From assembly GCA_963703635.1 (NCBI GenBank), contig CAVPEZ010000029.1:3311-67310 (forward strand): 64,000 bases of DNA, written 5' to 3'. This DNA comes from an uncultured Acidobacteriaceae bacterium (lineage in GTDB: Bacteria; Acidobacteriota; Terriglobia; Terriglobales; Acidobacteriaceae). Made by a program: the position numbers and the translations under genes. Shown one piece after another: positions 16,726 to 26,784 of the stretch (position 1 is the stretch's first letter; every line of letters starts with the position of its first letter). Under the pieces are notes generated by a model. It was not told where the DNA came from. It searched no databases and saw only the letters and a list, made by a program, of their open reading frames with translations.

Positions 16726-17586
16726 CTAACCACGCCGCGCCACGTCGCGATATCGCCGCGAGACTTCCTCCAGAAAGGCTTCATCGGATGGCCTCTGATC
16801 CTTTGGAATATTGAGGCGCTCTCCCATGCGGTTGGCGATCGCCTGCGCCGAGGCGAGGCGCTGCAAGTTCGGAATATCGAGCCGGCGCGCTAGAAAGGTT
16901 TCGACGAGTTGAAACTCTTGCTCGGTAAGCGCCGCCACTTCATGGGTCACAGACGGGGCCGAAGCCGATTTTTCCTTGCCATACCAGTAGAAAACTCCTT
17001 GCTCCTCGACCTCGTGCACAACAACGGTTCCCGCAACCATGTCGCCCAGGCGGCGATTCTGCTTGTCGATGGCACAAGCGACGGCTCCGACCAGATAAAA
17101 GCCAAGCGAATCTACAGCCCGCAAAAAGTTGCGGCCGATGCCTTCAAATACCGTGATGGGCCGCCCGCTCGCGCTGATCACCCTGATCTTTGCCTGGCGC
17201 TTGCCCGGAGTCTGGCCATTCCACAGAATCTCGAAGATCGCGAAGTAACCCCAGTAAAGGCAGAATAGCGCGAAAATCTCAATCGCAATGACCCAGTTCG
17301 CAGCCGAGACCCATGATCGTTCCAGATCCGGAGTGGCGAACTTGACGATCAGGACGATCGCAACCGCGGCGATAATCTGGATGAGCGTGTCAACGCAAAG
17401 GGCGTATCCGCGGCTGCCGACTCCGGCCAGGGGAAACTCCAGGGAGATCTGTTCGGGGGTTTCGATGGTAAGCTTTCCCGACGGATCCAAACCTTGCTCC
17501 GAACTTGGGTTCATACTGGGGTCCAACTTGGGATCCAAACTGGGGTCCACATTATGATCTCCGTTTCGTGGCTCAACAAGCGCCAA
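16726..17586 (-). CDS. RDD-family membrane protein
   Basis: RDD-domain architecture: three TM helices around ...GSRGYALCVDTLIQ... and ...GQTPGKRQAKIRVI.... A soluble C-terminal extension follows. The start is uncertain. TTG at 17586 would overlap the divergent neighbour; ATG at 17514 is the alternative. Confidence 0.75.
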   Translation of the reverse strand: MALVEPRNGDHNVDPSLDPKLDPSMNPSSEQGLDPSGKLTIETPEQISLEFPLAGVGSRGYALCVDTLIQIIAAVAIVLIVKFATPDLERSWVSAANWVIAIEIFALFCLYWGYFAIFEILWNGQTPGKRQAKIRVISASGRPITVFEGIGRNFLRAVDSLGFYLVGAVACAIDKQNRRLGDMVAGTVVVHEVEEQGVFYWYGKEKSASAPSVTHEVAALTEQEFQLVETFLARRLDIPNLQRLASAQAIANRMGERLNIPKDQRPSDEAFLEEVSRRYRDVARRG

Positions 17587-18531
17587 ACTTACTGGTCGCG
17601 GTTAGAGTCTCTACTCACGCGGGTGAAAGAACAAGGGCTCCACGGGCTGAGCCGCAGCGAGTTGCGTGAACTGGGATTGCTTTACCGCCAGACCGCAACC
17701 GATCTTTCCGCCGTCCGCAGCGACCCCAGCAGTGTGCAGCAATCGCGGTATCTGAATCAACTGCTCGGGCGCGCCCACAACGCAATTTATTCGGGACAGA
17801 AGAAGACGGTGGGCGGAGTGTGGCAGTTTTACAGCCGGGAGTATCCACGCATCTTCCGGCAATTTCTGCCTTACACGGCGATAGCGACTGCAATCTTTCT
17901 TGTAGGTGCAATTGCAGGGACGCTGTTCAGCCTCTCGGACCCCGACTACATGCGCGAGTTTGTCGGGCCGGCAATGATGTCCACTATCGAACGCCACGAG
18001 ATGTGGACGCACTCGATTGTTTCGGTCAAACCGCAGGCCTCCAGCGGCATCATGACGAACAATCTCTCGGTGGCGTTCGTGACGTTTGCCCTCGGGATCA
18101 CTGCTGGGATTGGAACGCTCTTCGAACTGCTTTTTAATGGATTGATGTTGGGAGTAATTGGCACTGCGTGCGCCACCTACGGGATGAGCGTGCCGCTGTG
18201 GAGCTTCGTATCGCCGCACGGAGTTCTGGAACTTCCCGCCATCTTCATTGCAGGAGGAGCGGGGTTGCGGCTCGCCCGCGCGCTGCTGTTTCCCGGAGTA
18301 TTATCGCGGCGGGATTCGCTCGCCGTCGGCGGTACGGAAGCGGTTCGTCTGCTGGTAGGCGTGATTCCCATGCTCATCGTGGCCGGAACGATTGAAGCTT
18401 TCTTTTCGCCGTCATCAGCGCCCGCGTCTTTGAAGTTCATGGCGGCAGGGGCGCTTTTCACGCTGCTGATCGCGTATTTGTGGAGCGGCTCGCGTACGAA
18501 ACCGGAATTGGCAAAGATCATGGCCAACTAA
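17554..18531 (+). CDS. SpoIIM-like (DUF95) integral membrane protein
   Basis: ...NNLSVAFVTFALGITAGIGTLFELLFNGLMLG...SPHGVLELPAIFIAGGAGLRLA... is the stage II sporulation protein M family core. I chose the start at the ATG at 17554. The ORF stays open from 17494. Confidence 0.75.
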   Translation: MISVSWLNKRQTYWSRLESLLTRVKEQGLHGLSRSELRELGLLYRQTATDLSAVRSDPSSVQQSRYLNQLLGRAHNAIYSGQKKTVGGVWQFYSREYPRIFRQFLPYTAIATAIFLVGAIAGTLFSLSDPDYMREFVGPAMMSTIERHEMWTHSIVSVKPQASSGIMTNNLSVAFVTFALGITAGIGTLFELLFNGLMLGVIGTACATYGMSVPLWSFVSPHGVLELPAIFIAGGAGLRLARALLFPGVLSRRDSLAVGGTEAVRLLVGVIPMLIVAGTIEAFFSPSSAPASLKFMAAGALFTLLIAYLWSGSRTKPELAKIMAN

Positions 18532-18567
18532 ATCGGATTTCCTGAACTAACCACTGAGAGGGAGGAT

Positions 18568-19440
18568 ATGAAAACTCGAATCAGTCTTTTGACGGTGTTG
18601 CTAATGCTGGTTTTCACTGCGTCCGCCGAATGTCAGATTAATTATGGATCGAACGAACAAGCGGGGAAGTACGCCGATCTGAACGGCATAAAGGTGTATT
18701 ACGAAGTTTATGGAGCCGGTGAGCCGCTGCTCTTATTGCATGGTAACGGCGGATCGATTGCGAGCTTTCTTTGCCAGATTCCAGAATTATCCCAACACTT
18801 TAAAGTGATTGCCGTTGACAGCAGAGCTCAAGGCAAATCGACAGACTCGGATAAAGAGATCACTTATGCGCTGATGGCGTCAGACATGAGTGCGCTGATC
18901 GACACACTCAAACTGGGCAGTGTTTATGTTGTAGGTTGGAGCGATGGTGGAAACATCGGCCTGGAATTGGCTCTGGCCCATCCACAACAGGTTAAGAAAA
19001 TGGTGACTTTCGGCGCGGACTACACGCACGAAAACTTCATGGCTCCGCCTGACAAAATCGCGATGGACGCGAACGACCCCAGGCTCTTAAGATCCGCGCC
19101 TTTAATCAAGAAATACAAGCAGGGGATGGATCAACTCTCTCCTGCAGTAAAAAAGAAGCTGTCTGATCTGGCCGAGAAGTATCCAAATCTTACGGTCGAG
19201 CAGCTCAAACAGATCACAGTTCCGGTTCTTGTTGTCGCCGGGGACCGTGACGCAATCAACGTTGACCAAACGATTTCATTGTTCACCAGCCTGCCGCACT
19301 CACAATTGTTTATCGTCCCGGGTGCTTCTCACCTGGCGCCCATCGAACAACCGGAATTGGTCAACAGCGAAGTGATCAAGTTCTTGTCCACGCCTTACCA
19401 TGATCTTGACCGCTACTATTGGGTGAAACTTCTCCAATAG
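18568..19440 (+). CDS. secreted alpha/beta hydrolase
   Basis: Signal peptide MKTRISLLTVLLMLVFTASA. HGNGGS oxyanion region. Nucleophile elbow GWSDGG. C-terminal ...GASHLAP... histidine. GGAGG RBS upstream. Confidence 0.9.
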   Translation: MKTRISLLTVLLMLVFTASAECQINYGSNEQAGKYADLNGIKVYYEVYGAGEPLLLLHGNGGSIASFLCQIPELSQHFKVIAVDSRAQGKSTDSDKEITYALMASDMSALIDTLKLGSVYVVGWSDGGNIGLELALAHPQQVKKMVTFGADYTHENFMAPPDKIAMDANDPRLLRSAPLIKKYKQGMDQLSPAVKKKLSDLAEKYPNLTVEQLKQITVPVLVVAGDRDAINVDQTISLFTSLPHSQLFIVPGASHLAPIEQPELVNSEVIKFLSTPYHDLDRYYWVKLLQ

Positions 19441-19466
19441 TTCGCCTTCGCACGACTGTGTCTCAG

Positions 19467-20846
19467 CTACACCAGGTTCCGCTCTTTGACCGTCAGGTAC
19501 TGATTGAGCACCGCCGCCGAGATGCGCGAAGGTTCGACCTCCATGCAGAGCGCACCGCGCTCACGCAAGCGCCCCAGAAGCAGTTCGCGGCGGTAAACCA
19601 TCTCCTGCGCCGCGACCACTTCATACATGGCCGATGTTGACGCCGGGCTCTGCCGCGCTCGCAGCTTCAGTTCGGGTTGGGCGATCGCAATGAACAACAA
19701 CAAGTGCCGCGAAAGCATTTGCCCGGCAGCTTCGATGACCTCGGGAGTCATCGCGCTCTCTGCCAGATCGGAAATCCAAATGATCAGCCCGCGTTGTTTC
19801 TGCAGAGTGAGCAGGCTGGCGGCGGCGCGTACATGGTCGGCTTCTGGAACTTCCTCGCGGACCACCGCGAGCTGCTCCACGATGTGGCGCATCTGAGCCG
19901 CGCCGCGCCCTGGGATTACCCGCTGATTCACTGCACGCCCGTAAGCCAGCAGGCCAACGCGGTCTCCCGAATAGATCGCCAGTTGTGCGAGGCACAGCGC
20001 AGCATCCACGGCACGATCGAGTTTGCTGTAGCCATCGGTGCGGGCCCGCATCAGGCGGCCGCAATCGAGCACGATCCAGACCGCCTGGCTGCGCTCTACG
20101 CGGAACGTTTTTGAGACAAGTTTCCCGCGGCGCGCCGTTGCCGTCCAGCACACATTGCGCAGTTCGTCGCCGTCGCGATGTTCCCGCAGGCTCTCGAAGT
20201 CGGACCCGATGCCGCGCAGGCGCATCATGCGCATCTGCAACTCGATCTGGCGGCTGCGGGCGAGATAGACGGAATGCTTGCGAGCCTGCTCAAAATTAGG
20301 GTAGACGCGAACCATCTGGCGCAGATCAGCCACCGCCCAGCGCTCCACCATCAGGAACCCAGACCGGTAACGCAGAAAGACTCTTCCTGTACGAAGGTCG
20401 CCGCGCGTGCCGGGCGTGTATTCGTAATGAATCGAGCGGCTCCCATGCGCCGGCACATCCAGAATAATTGGTTTGCTCGTGTGCCAGTTCGATGGTGGCA
20501 GCTCGTCGTAAGCGCTCAGCCACAGATCGACTGAAGATTGATTTGCCACCGAGAGGTTCACGGCCGCAGCTACGCCAATCGAAAGCGGACTCTGCCATTC
20601 GCGGCGAACCATGATTTGTTTGGGATGCGGAAGCCGCAGCCAGTCGGCGACGAATGCCAGCAGCAGAAGCGCATCCCAAAGCAGCATCGCCCAGAGGAAT
20701 GTGCGATTCCACAGCGCGGGAATGATCCACGCCAGGCCGACCCCCGCCAGAAGTAGCAGCCGCGGCCCAGCGCCGCCGCCGAAGCGCCCGCGAGGCGCGG
20801 CTGGCGCCTCAATCGGCGACGGCTCGAGAGGGCGGGGAATACTCAC
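19467..20846 (-). CDS. DUF58 (vWA-like) domain membrane protein
   Basis: Two N-terminal TM helices, then the DUF58 core (...FESLREHRDGDELRNVCWTATARRGKLVSKTF...AVWIVLDCGRLM...). There is a 4-nt start/stop overlap with the MoxR gene upstream. Confidence 0.85.
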   Translation of the reverse strand: MSIPRPLEPSPIEAPAAPRGRFGGGAGPRLLLLAGVGLAWIIPALWNRTFLWAMLLWDALLLLAFVADWLRLPHPKQIMVRREWQSPLSIGVAAAVNLSVANQSSVDLWLSAYDELPPSNWHTSKPIILDVPAHGSRSIHYEYTPGTRGDLRTGRVFLRYRSGFLMVERWAVADLRQMVRVYPNFEQARKHSVYLARSRQIELQMRMMRLRGIGSDFESLREHRDGDELRNVCWTATARRGKLVSKTFRVERSQAVWIVLDCGRLMRARTDGYSKLDRAVDAALCLAQLAIYSGDRVGLLAYGRAVNQRVIPGRGAAQMRHIVEQLAVVREEVPEADHVRAAASLLTLQKQRGLIIWISDLAESAMTPEVIEAAGQMLSRHLLLFIAIAQPELKLRARQSPASTSAMYEVVAAQEMVYRRELLLGRLRERGALCMEVEPSRISAAVLNQYLTVKERNLV

Positions 20847-21787
20847 TTCGGCACCTCAACTGCGGCCAGCACGTCGGTCAACACGCGATCCGTATCGAGG
20901 CCTTCGAGTTCCGCTTCCGGTCGCAACACAAGGCGATGGCGCATTGCGGGAAGAACCGCGGCCTTCACGTCGTCGGGAATCACATAATCGCGCTCGGCGA
21001 GCGCCGCCAGAGCCTTCGCGACCAGCATCAGACTGATCCCGGCGCGGGGGCTCGCTCCGAGAGACACTGAGGGCCAACTTCGCGTACGCCGTGTGATTTC
21101 AGAGATGTAGCCAAGCAGCGACTGCTCCACCGTGAGTTGACGAAGTTCCAGGCGGGCCTGCTGCAGCACCTCCGGCTCGATCGGCGCGATCTCCACCTGC
21201 TCGGTGAGCGAAACGGGCTGGTTGTTGTGCTTCGCGAGAATTTCCAGTTCTTCCTGCGCCGACGGATATCCGATCTTGATTTTCAGCAGGAAACGGTCCA
21301 GTTGAGCCTCGGGGAGCGGGTAAGTGCCTTCGAACTCCACCGGATTCTGCGTAGCCAGCACGGTGAACAACGGCGAGAGCGAATGCCGCACGCCGTCAAT
21401 GGTGACCTGGCGCTCTTCCATCGATTCGAGAAGTGACGCTTGCGTGCGCGGCGGCATGCGGTTGACCTCGTCGACCAGCAGAAGGTCGGTGAACATCGGG
21501 CCGCGGTGCAAGGAAAAAGTTCCGTTCTGCAGGTTGAGAATGTTGCTGCCCAGCAGATCGGCGGGCATCAGGTCAGACGTACACTGCACGCGTTGAAAAG
21601 TCACATTCAGCGCGCGGGCGAGAACTTTCACGCTGAGCGTCTTGCCCAATCCCGGAACGCCTTCGATCAAAGCGTGCCCGCCGCATAGCAGCGCGGTCAG
21701 TGTGCCATCGATGAGTTCGCTTTGACCGACGATTACTTTTGCGAGTTCAGCGCGGCCATGGGTTACTAACTTCGTGATTGCCTGCAT
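20843..21787 (-). CDS. MoxR-family AAA+ ATPase
   Basis: Walker A GVPGLGKT and Walker B LLVDEVNR. Typical MoxR length (314 aa) and C-terminal helical domain. Confidence 0.92.
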   Translation of the reverse strand: MQAITKLVTHGRAELAKVIVGQSELIDGTLTALLCGGHALIEGVPGLGKTLSVKVLARALNVTFQRVQCTSDLMPADLLGSNILNLQNGTFSLHRGPMFTDLLLVDEVNRMPPRTQASLLESMEERQVTIDGVRHSLSPLFTVLATQNPVEFEGTYPLPEAQLDRFLLKIKIGYPSAQEELEILAKHNNQPVSLTEQVEIAPIEPEVLQQARLELRQLTVEQSLLGYISEITRRTRSWPSVSLGASPRAGISLMLVAKALAALAERDYVIPDDVKAAVLPAMRHRLVLRPEAELEGLDTDRVLTDVLAAVEVPK

Positions 21788-21810
21788 GAAGCCTCTATTC
21801 TCTTTCTTCG

Positions 21811-22992
21811 TTACGTTTTGTCTTTCGCGGCGGATACCACCGGTTCGAGCAGCAAGGTTGCTTGATTCAAAGCCCGCACGTGCTCGAGCGCCCGCTTTTC
21901 CGATAACTCGGTATCTCCCGCCGCCTGGTCGCTGCTGCCCACCACAGAAGCCACATCCGGTGGAACCTTGATTCCGCGTTGCGCCATGGCTTCGAGGATA
22001 TCGTTTGCGCTGGCGGTTCCGCGAATTCCCAGGCGCCGTGCCGCAATCTGCTGAAAGCGGCTGAAGGCAATTTCTACGGCAACCTGGGTGCCGCGCGCGC
22101 GATGAAACACGCTGCCGAGAGTCTGCACGAATTCGAGCGGAGAAAATCGCGATTCACGAACCAGCGGCACGACAGGCCCGCTTCGGCGGGAGAAAGTCAG
22201 GATCACCAGCAGCGCGAGAAACCCCGCCTGAGCCAGCGCCCACATCTGCGCCGGGTTGGAAGCGCCCGTCGAAGCCGCCTCGTGCTCTTCGTGGGAATAC
22301 TCATCCCACAGGATAAGTCGGCTGTCGCCCACGGAATTCAACAGCAAATCCAGATTTCCCCGGTCTCGAATGCCGGCATTCGTGAGAGGCAGTGCGCTGG
22401 CCCACCAGACCACGCGGCCCCGGCCCAGAGCATAGGAAACGACGACGGGCTCGGCCTCCTTTTCTTTCGAGTGGGCGACGAAATGAACCATGGCCGCGTC
22501 TTTGCTGGAATCCCAGACGAGATCGCCATCCTGCGAGATCGGTCCGCCGCGCGTGAGACTGGTCGGCGCAACCGGCCTGCACTCGGCAAAACCGATGCGA
22601 ACATCTCCCTCCTTCGCGGAGGACTGAGGAACAAACGAATTGGGCTTCACACCTGCGATCAGAACAGTGCCGCCACCGAGCAGGAAACGTACGATGCCGC
22701 TCAACTCTTCGGCGTGCGGGTATGATTCCGGACCAGCCAACACCAGCATCACTCCGGACGCATCTGCCGGAAGCTTCGCCGGCGGCTGCTTCCAGCGTTC
22801 CACCGCATAGCCGCTTTGTTGCAGGAGAAGGTAAGCCGCTTTCGCCCCACGGCGTTGCACGTTGTAGCTGGAGGGCGTCCCTTCGCCTTGGTCTTTCTGT
22901 TTGGAACTCAGCCAGGCCACGAGGGTCATGACCAGCAGCAGCCCGATGCCGGATACGATAAAGCCGCGCTGCTCGCCTGTGCTTAGCGGCAT
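21811..22992 (-). CDS. DUF4350-like membrane protein
   Basis: An N-terminal TM helix, a periplasmic region with ...VMLVLAGPES...GGTVLIAG..., and a second TM helix. This position is typical in MoxR/DUF58 operons. The family assignment is from memory of the architecture only. Confidence 0.6.
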   Translation of the reverse strand: MPLSTGEQRGFIVSGIGLLLVMTLVAWLSSKQKDQGEGTPSSYNVQRRGAKAAYLLLQQSGYAVERWKQPPAKLPADASGVMLVLAGPESYPHAEELSGIVRFLLGGGTVLIAGVKPNSFVPQSSAKEGDVRIGFAECRPVAPTSLTRGGPISQDGDLVWDSSKDAAMVHFVAHSKEKEAEPVVVSYALGRGRVVWWASALPLTNAGIRDRGNLDLLLNSVGDSRLILWDEYSHEEHEAASTGASNPAQMWALAQAGFLALLVILTFSRRSGPVVPLVRESRFSPLEFVQTLGSVFHRARGTQVAVEIAFSRFQQIAARRLGIRGTASANDILEAMAQRGIKVPPDVASVVGSSDQAAGDTELSEKRALEHVRALNQATLLLEPVVSAAKDKT

Positions 22993-23942
22993 CCCAGCCT
23001 TTCCAGATGGGCGGAGAATTGGGCAAAGTCGGCTTCGGTCGTGGGACGGCTGCCGTACCAGCTCGCTTCAAACTTCCGCGTCATCGCGGCGAAAGGCTCT
23101 TTCGACATGTTCGAACCCGGAATAGCATGAAGATATTCACGCGGAGTGCGAGTCTTATCGGGCGGCCACACGCCCTCTGATTCAAGGCGCGAGACCGCTG
23201 CCCAGAAACCGAAGTGGATCGCGTCCCTCCATTCGCCCTTGGCTGCACGCGTCCGTGCGTCCGCCAACCACTCTCTCCAGTTCCGGCCGGAGGGCAGGAA
23301 GGGAAGAATCTCGCGCGGGCCGGCTCCCAAGTTCTGCCGCGAAACACGATACAGCCAAACTCCTGCAATCGCGGCGGCCAGCGCAATCATGCCCCAGACA
23401 AACCACTGGCCCAAATCCTCCACGTCGGGAATCTTCGGGCTGATCTTTCTGAGCAGCTTTCCAATCCACGCCAGAATTCGCTGCTTGAGAAGTTCGAGCG
23501 CGGTCGGGCCGCGAACCCGGTCGAATTCGCGGGCGCTGAGGATTTCGTCAAGCCGCTTCCGCGTCGCATCGTCGGCGCGTCCCGGTTGCTCGTAGTGTTC
23601 GGCCTCGGCGTGCATCGCCTTGAGCCGCATAGCCGCATTGGCAAGGATGTCAGGCCTCGTCTGCGCCGTTCCAGTCAGATATCGATTCAGAGCATCGCGA
23701 AGAAAACTTAGGTCAACCGCCATCTCTCCCCGCGCGGTCTGAACCGTGAGCACGTCGGGAAGGGAATCGCGAAGCGCCACAGCTTTTTGTGGCGTGGAAG
23801 CGAGTTCCGCAACCTGGTTCTCGTAACTCTGAAGCTGTTCGACGTATTGCGTTGTGCTGAGTGCAGGGGCTCCCAATGCCTGCCCTATGCCCGCCAGCAG
23901 AAACAGCGCAGCCAGCCAATAGCGGAATCCAAAATGCGTCAT
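22983..23942 (-). CDS. DUF4129-like membrane protein
   Basis: Signal peptide, a central TM helix, and a C-terminal ...TPREYLHAI......FAAMTRKFEASWYGSRPTTEADF... block that resembles DUF4129. It overlaps the neighbouring genes at both ends. Confidence 0.65.
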   Translation of the reverse strand: MTHFGFRYWLAALFLLAGIGQALGAPALSTTQYVEQLQSYENQVAELASTPQKAVALRDSLPDVLTVQTARGEMAVDLSFLRDALNRYLTGTAQTRPDILANAAMRLKAMHAEAEHYEQPGRADDATRKRLDEILSAREFDRVRGPTALELLKQRILAWIGKLLRKISPKIPDVEDLGQWFVWGMIALAAAIAGVWLYRVSRQNLGAGPREILPFLPSGRNWREWLADARTRAAKGEWRDAIHFGFWAAVSRLESEGVWPPDKTRTPREYLHAIPGSNMSKEPFAAMTRKFEASWYGSRPTTEADFAQFSAHLERLGCR

Positions 23943-24868
23943 ATTTGGGCTGGGGCTACGCTCGGTAAGCCGGGAGTGTCCAGGCTCGACATCATCAATT
24001 GCAGATCGAAGGCTTCCTTGCGGACGCGCTCGTCGTAGTAGAGAAGCGAAATGCCGATGGTTGCCAGCGGCCCGGTGAGCGACCCGGCGATGAAGGTGGC
24101 CACGTAGATCAGAATCATTGCCAGAATCTGATTATGCAGCAGAGATCCCACCGCTCCAGCGATCGCGCCAAGTCCGATCGCGACGATGTAGGAGAGCACT
24201 CCAAAAACAAAATACACCGCCAGGATCCGGCTGCGACTGCCCTTGGAAAGAACCGCACTGCGTTTCAGCGAGGCGGTAACGCCAAGGTCCTCGACCACAC
24301 ACGACTGTATGGCCAGGGAATAGCGGACATAAATCGCGATGGCAACAAGGCCTCCCACAACCGCCGCAATAATTCCGACAATGGCGCCCACGATGGTGCC
24401 TGCCGTCCCCGCTTTGGCGCCGCCGATGACGGCCACCGTTCCTATCATCACCGCGACAAAGATGATCACACCGGCCGCCGCTCCAGAGATCAACGCAACC
24501 AGCAGGAAGACGCCCAGCACGCGCAGGATCCGGCCACGCAAGGCGCGATACGCGCCCGCAATCGTTATCCCCCGACCCAGATGAACTGCCGCCACCGCTT
24601 TGACCGTTGCGGCGTGCGCAATGGCCATTCCTGCCAACATCACAACCAGGCCGGCGATAATGCCGAAGCCAAACGACACGCCGGCAGCAGCCGCTCGGCG
24701 CGACCCAACCGGGACCACTGCGGACCCGACGGTGAGCAACTGGAAAATCAAATACGCCGCGGGGCCGACCGCGGCAATGCCCACAAAGAGCAAAAAGTTC
24801 TTGCGGTAGAGAGTGAAGGTGTGGTCCAACAGTTGCCCTGTGGACATTGGGCGCAGGGGTTCTATCAT
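23939..24868 (-). CDS. polytopic membrane protein (first gene of the MoxR operon)
   Basis: 309 aa with about 6-7 predicted hydrophobic helices rich in G/A/I/V. The N-terminus, MIEPLRPMSTGQLLDHTFTLYRKNF, is typical of the membrane domain found with this cluster. ATGA overlap with the next gene. Confidence 0.7.
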   Translation of the reverse strand: MIEPLRPMSTGQLLDHTFTLYRKNFLLFVGIAAVGPAAYLIFQLLTVGSAVVPVGSRRAAAAGVSFGFGIIAGLVVMLAGMAIAHAATVKAVAAVHLGRGITIAGAYRALRGRILRVLGVFLLVALISGAAAGVIIFVAVMIGTVAVIGGAKAGTAGTIVGAIVGIIAAVVGGLVAIAIYVRYSLAIQSCVVEDLGVTASLKRSAVLSKGSRSRILAVYFVFGVLSYIVAIGLGAIAGAVGSLLHNQILAMILIYVATFIAGSLTGPLATIGISLLYYDERVRKEAFDLQLMMSSLDTPGLPSVAPAQI

Positions 24869-25186
24869 AAAACTCTCCCCGAAAATGTTGGGACACTATA
24901 GCACGATTCCACAAAGCCTATATCTGGACTGGAATCCCACTTAGTAATGTGGCGAGTGCATCGATGTTGACCAGTTAACGGCGAGGCTTCTGGTCAGGCT
25001 TCTGGTCAATCAAATTGCTTGCTTGCAGACGCAACAGGCGTATCCTTTTGAGGGCGGAGACGGGTTGTCCTGACCGGGTAAGGCTGCAATTTCAATCCTG
25101 TCAGTAGAGTGACAACGGTCGCCCCCGCCGGATGTTCCAAATCCTTGCGAGTTGCAGGGAGAACAGTGAATCGGTTTAGTAACTAA

Positions 25187-26608
<1,422 letters not shown>

Positions 26609-26647
26609 AGAAGAAAGCAGAGAAGAAACATGTGGGGACAGCTTCCC

Positions 26648-26682
26648 TGAGCCTGCTCTGAGCGGAGTCGCAGGGGCTGTCC
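26648..26682 (-). repeat. REP-like intergenic element, family 1, copy D
   Basis: TGAGCCTGCTCTGAGCGGAGTCGCAGGGGCTGTCC aligns with copy B (AGAGCCTGCCCTGAGCTTGTCGAAGGGCGTGCC). It lies between the gdhA stop and its terminator. Confidence 0.5.
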
Positions 26683-26720
26683 GCCGGGCGCAGCCCGGCT
26701 CTGTATGCAGCATCTGTAAA

Positions 26721-26754
26721 GCGGGGTGGACAAGTTCCACCCCGCATTTTTTTT
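26721..26754 (+). terminator. rho-independent terminator of gdhA
   Basis: GCGGGGTGGA-CAAG-TTCCACCCCGC hairpin followed by ATTTTTTTT. Confidence 0.8.
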
Positions 26755-26784
26755 ACTGGCAATATGAACTAGGATATTTCCTGG

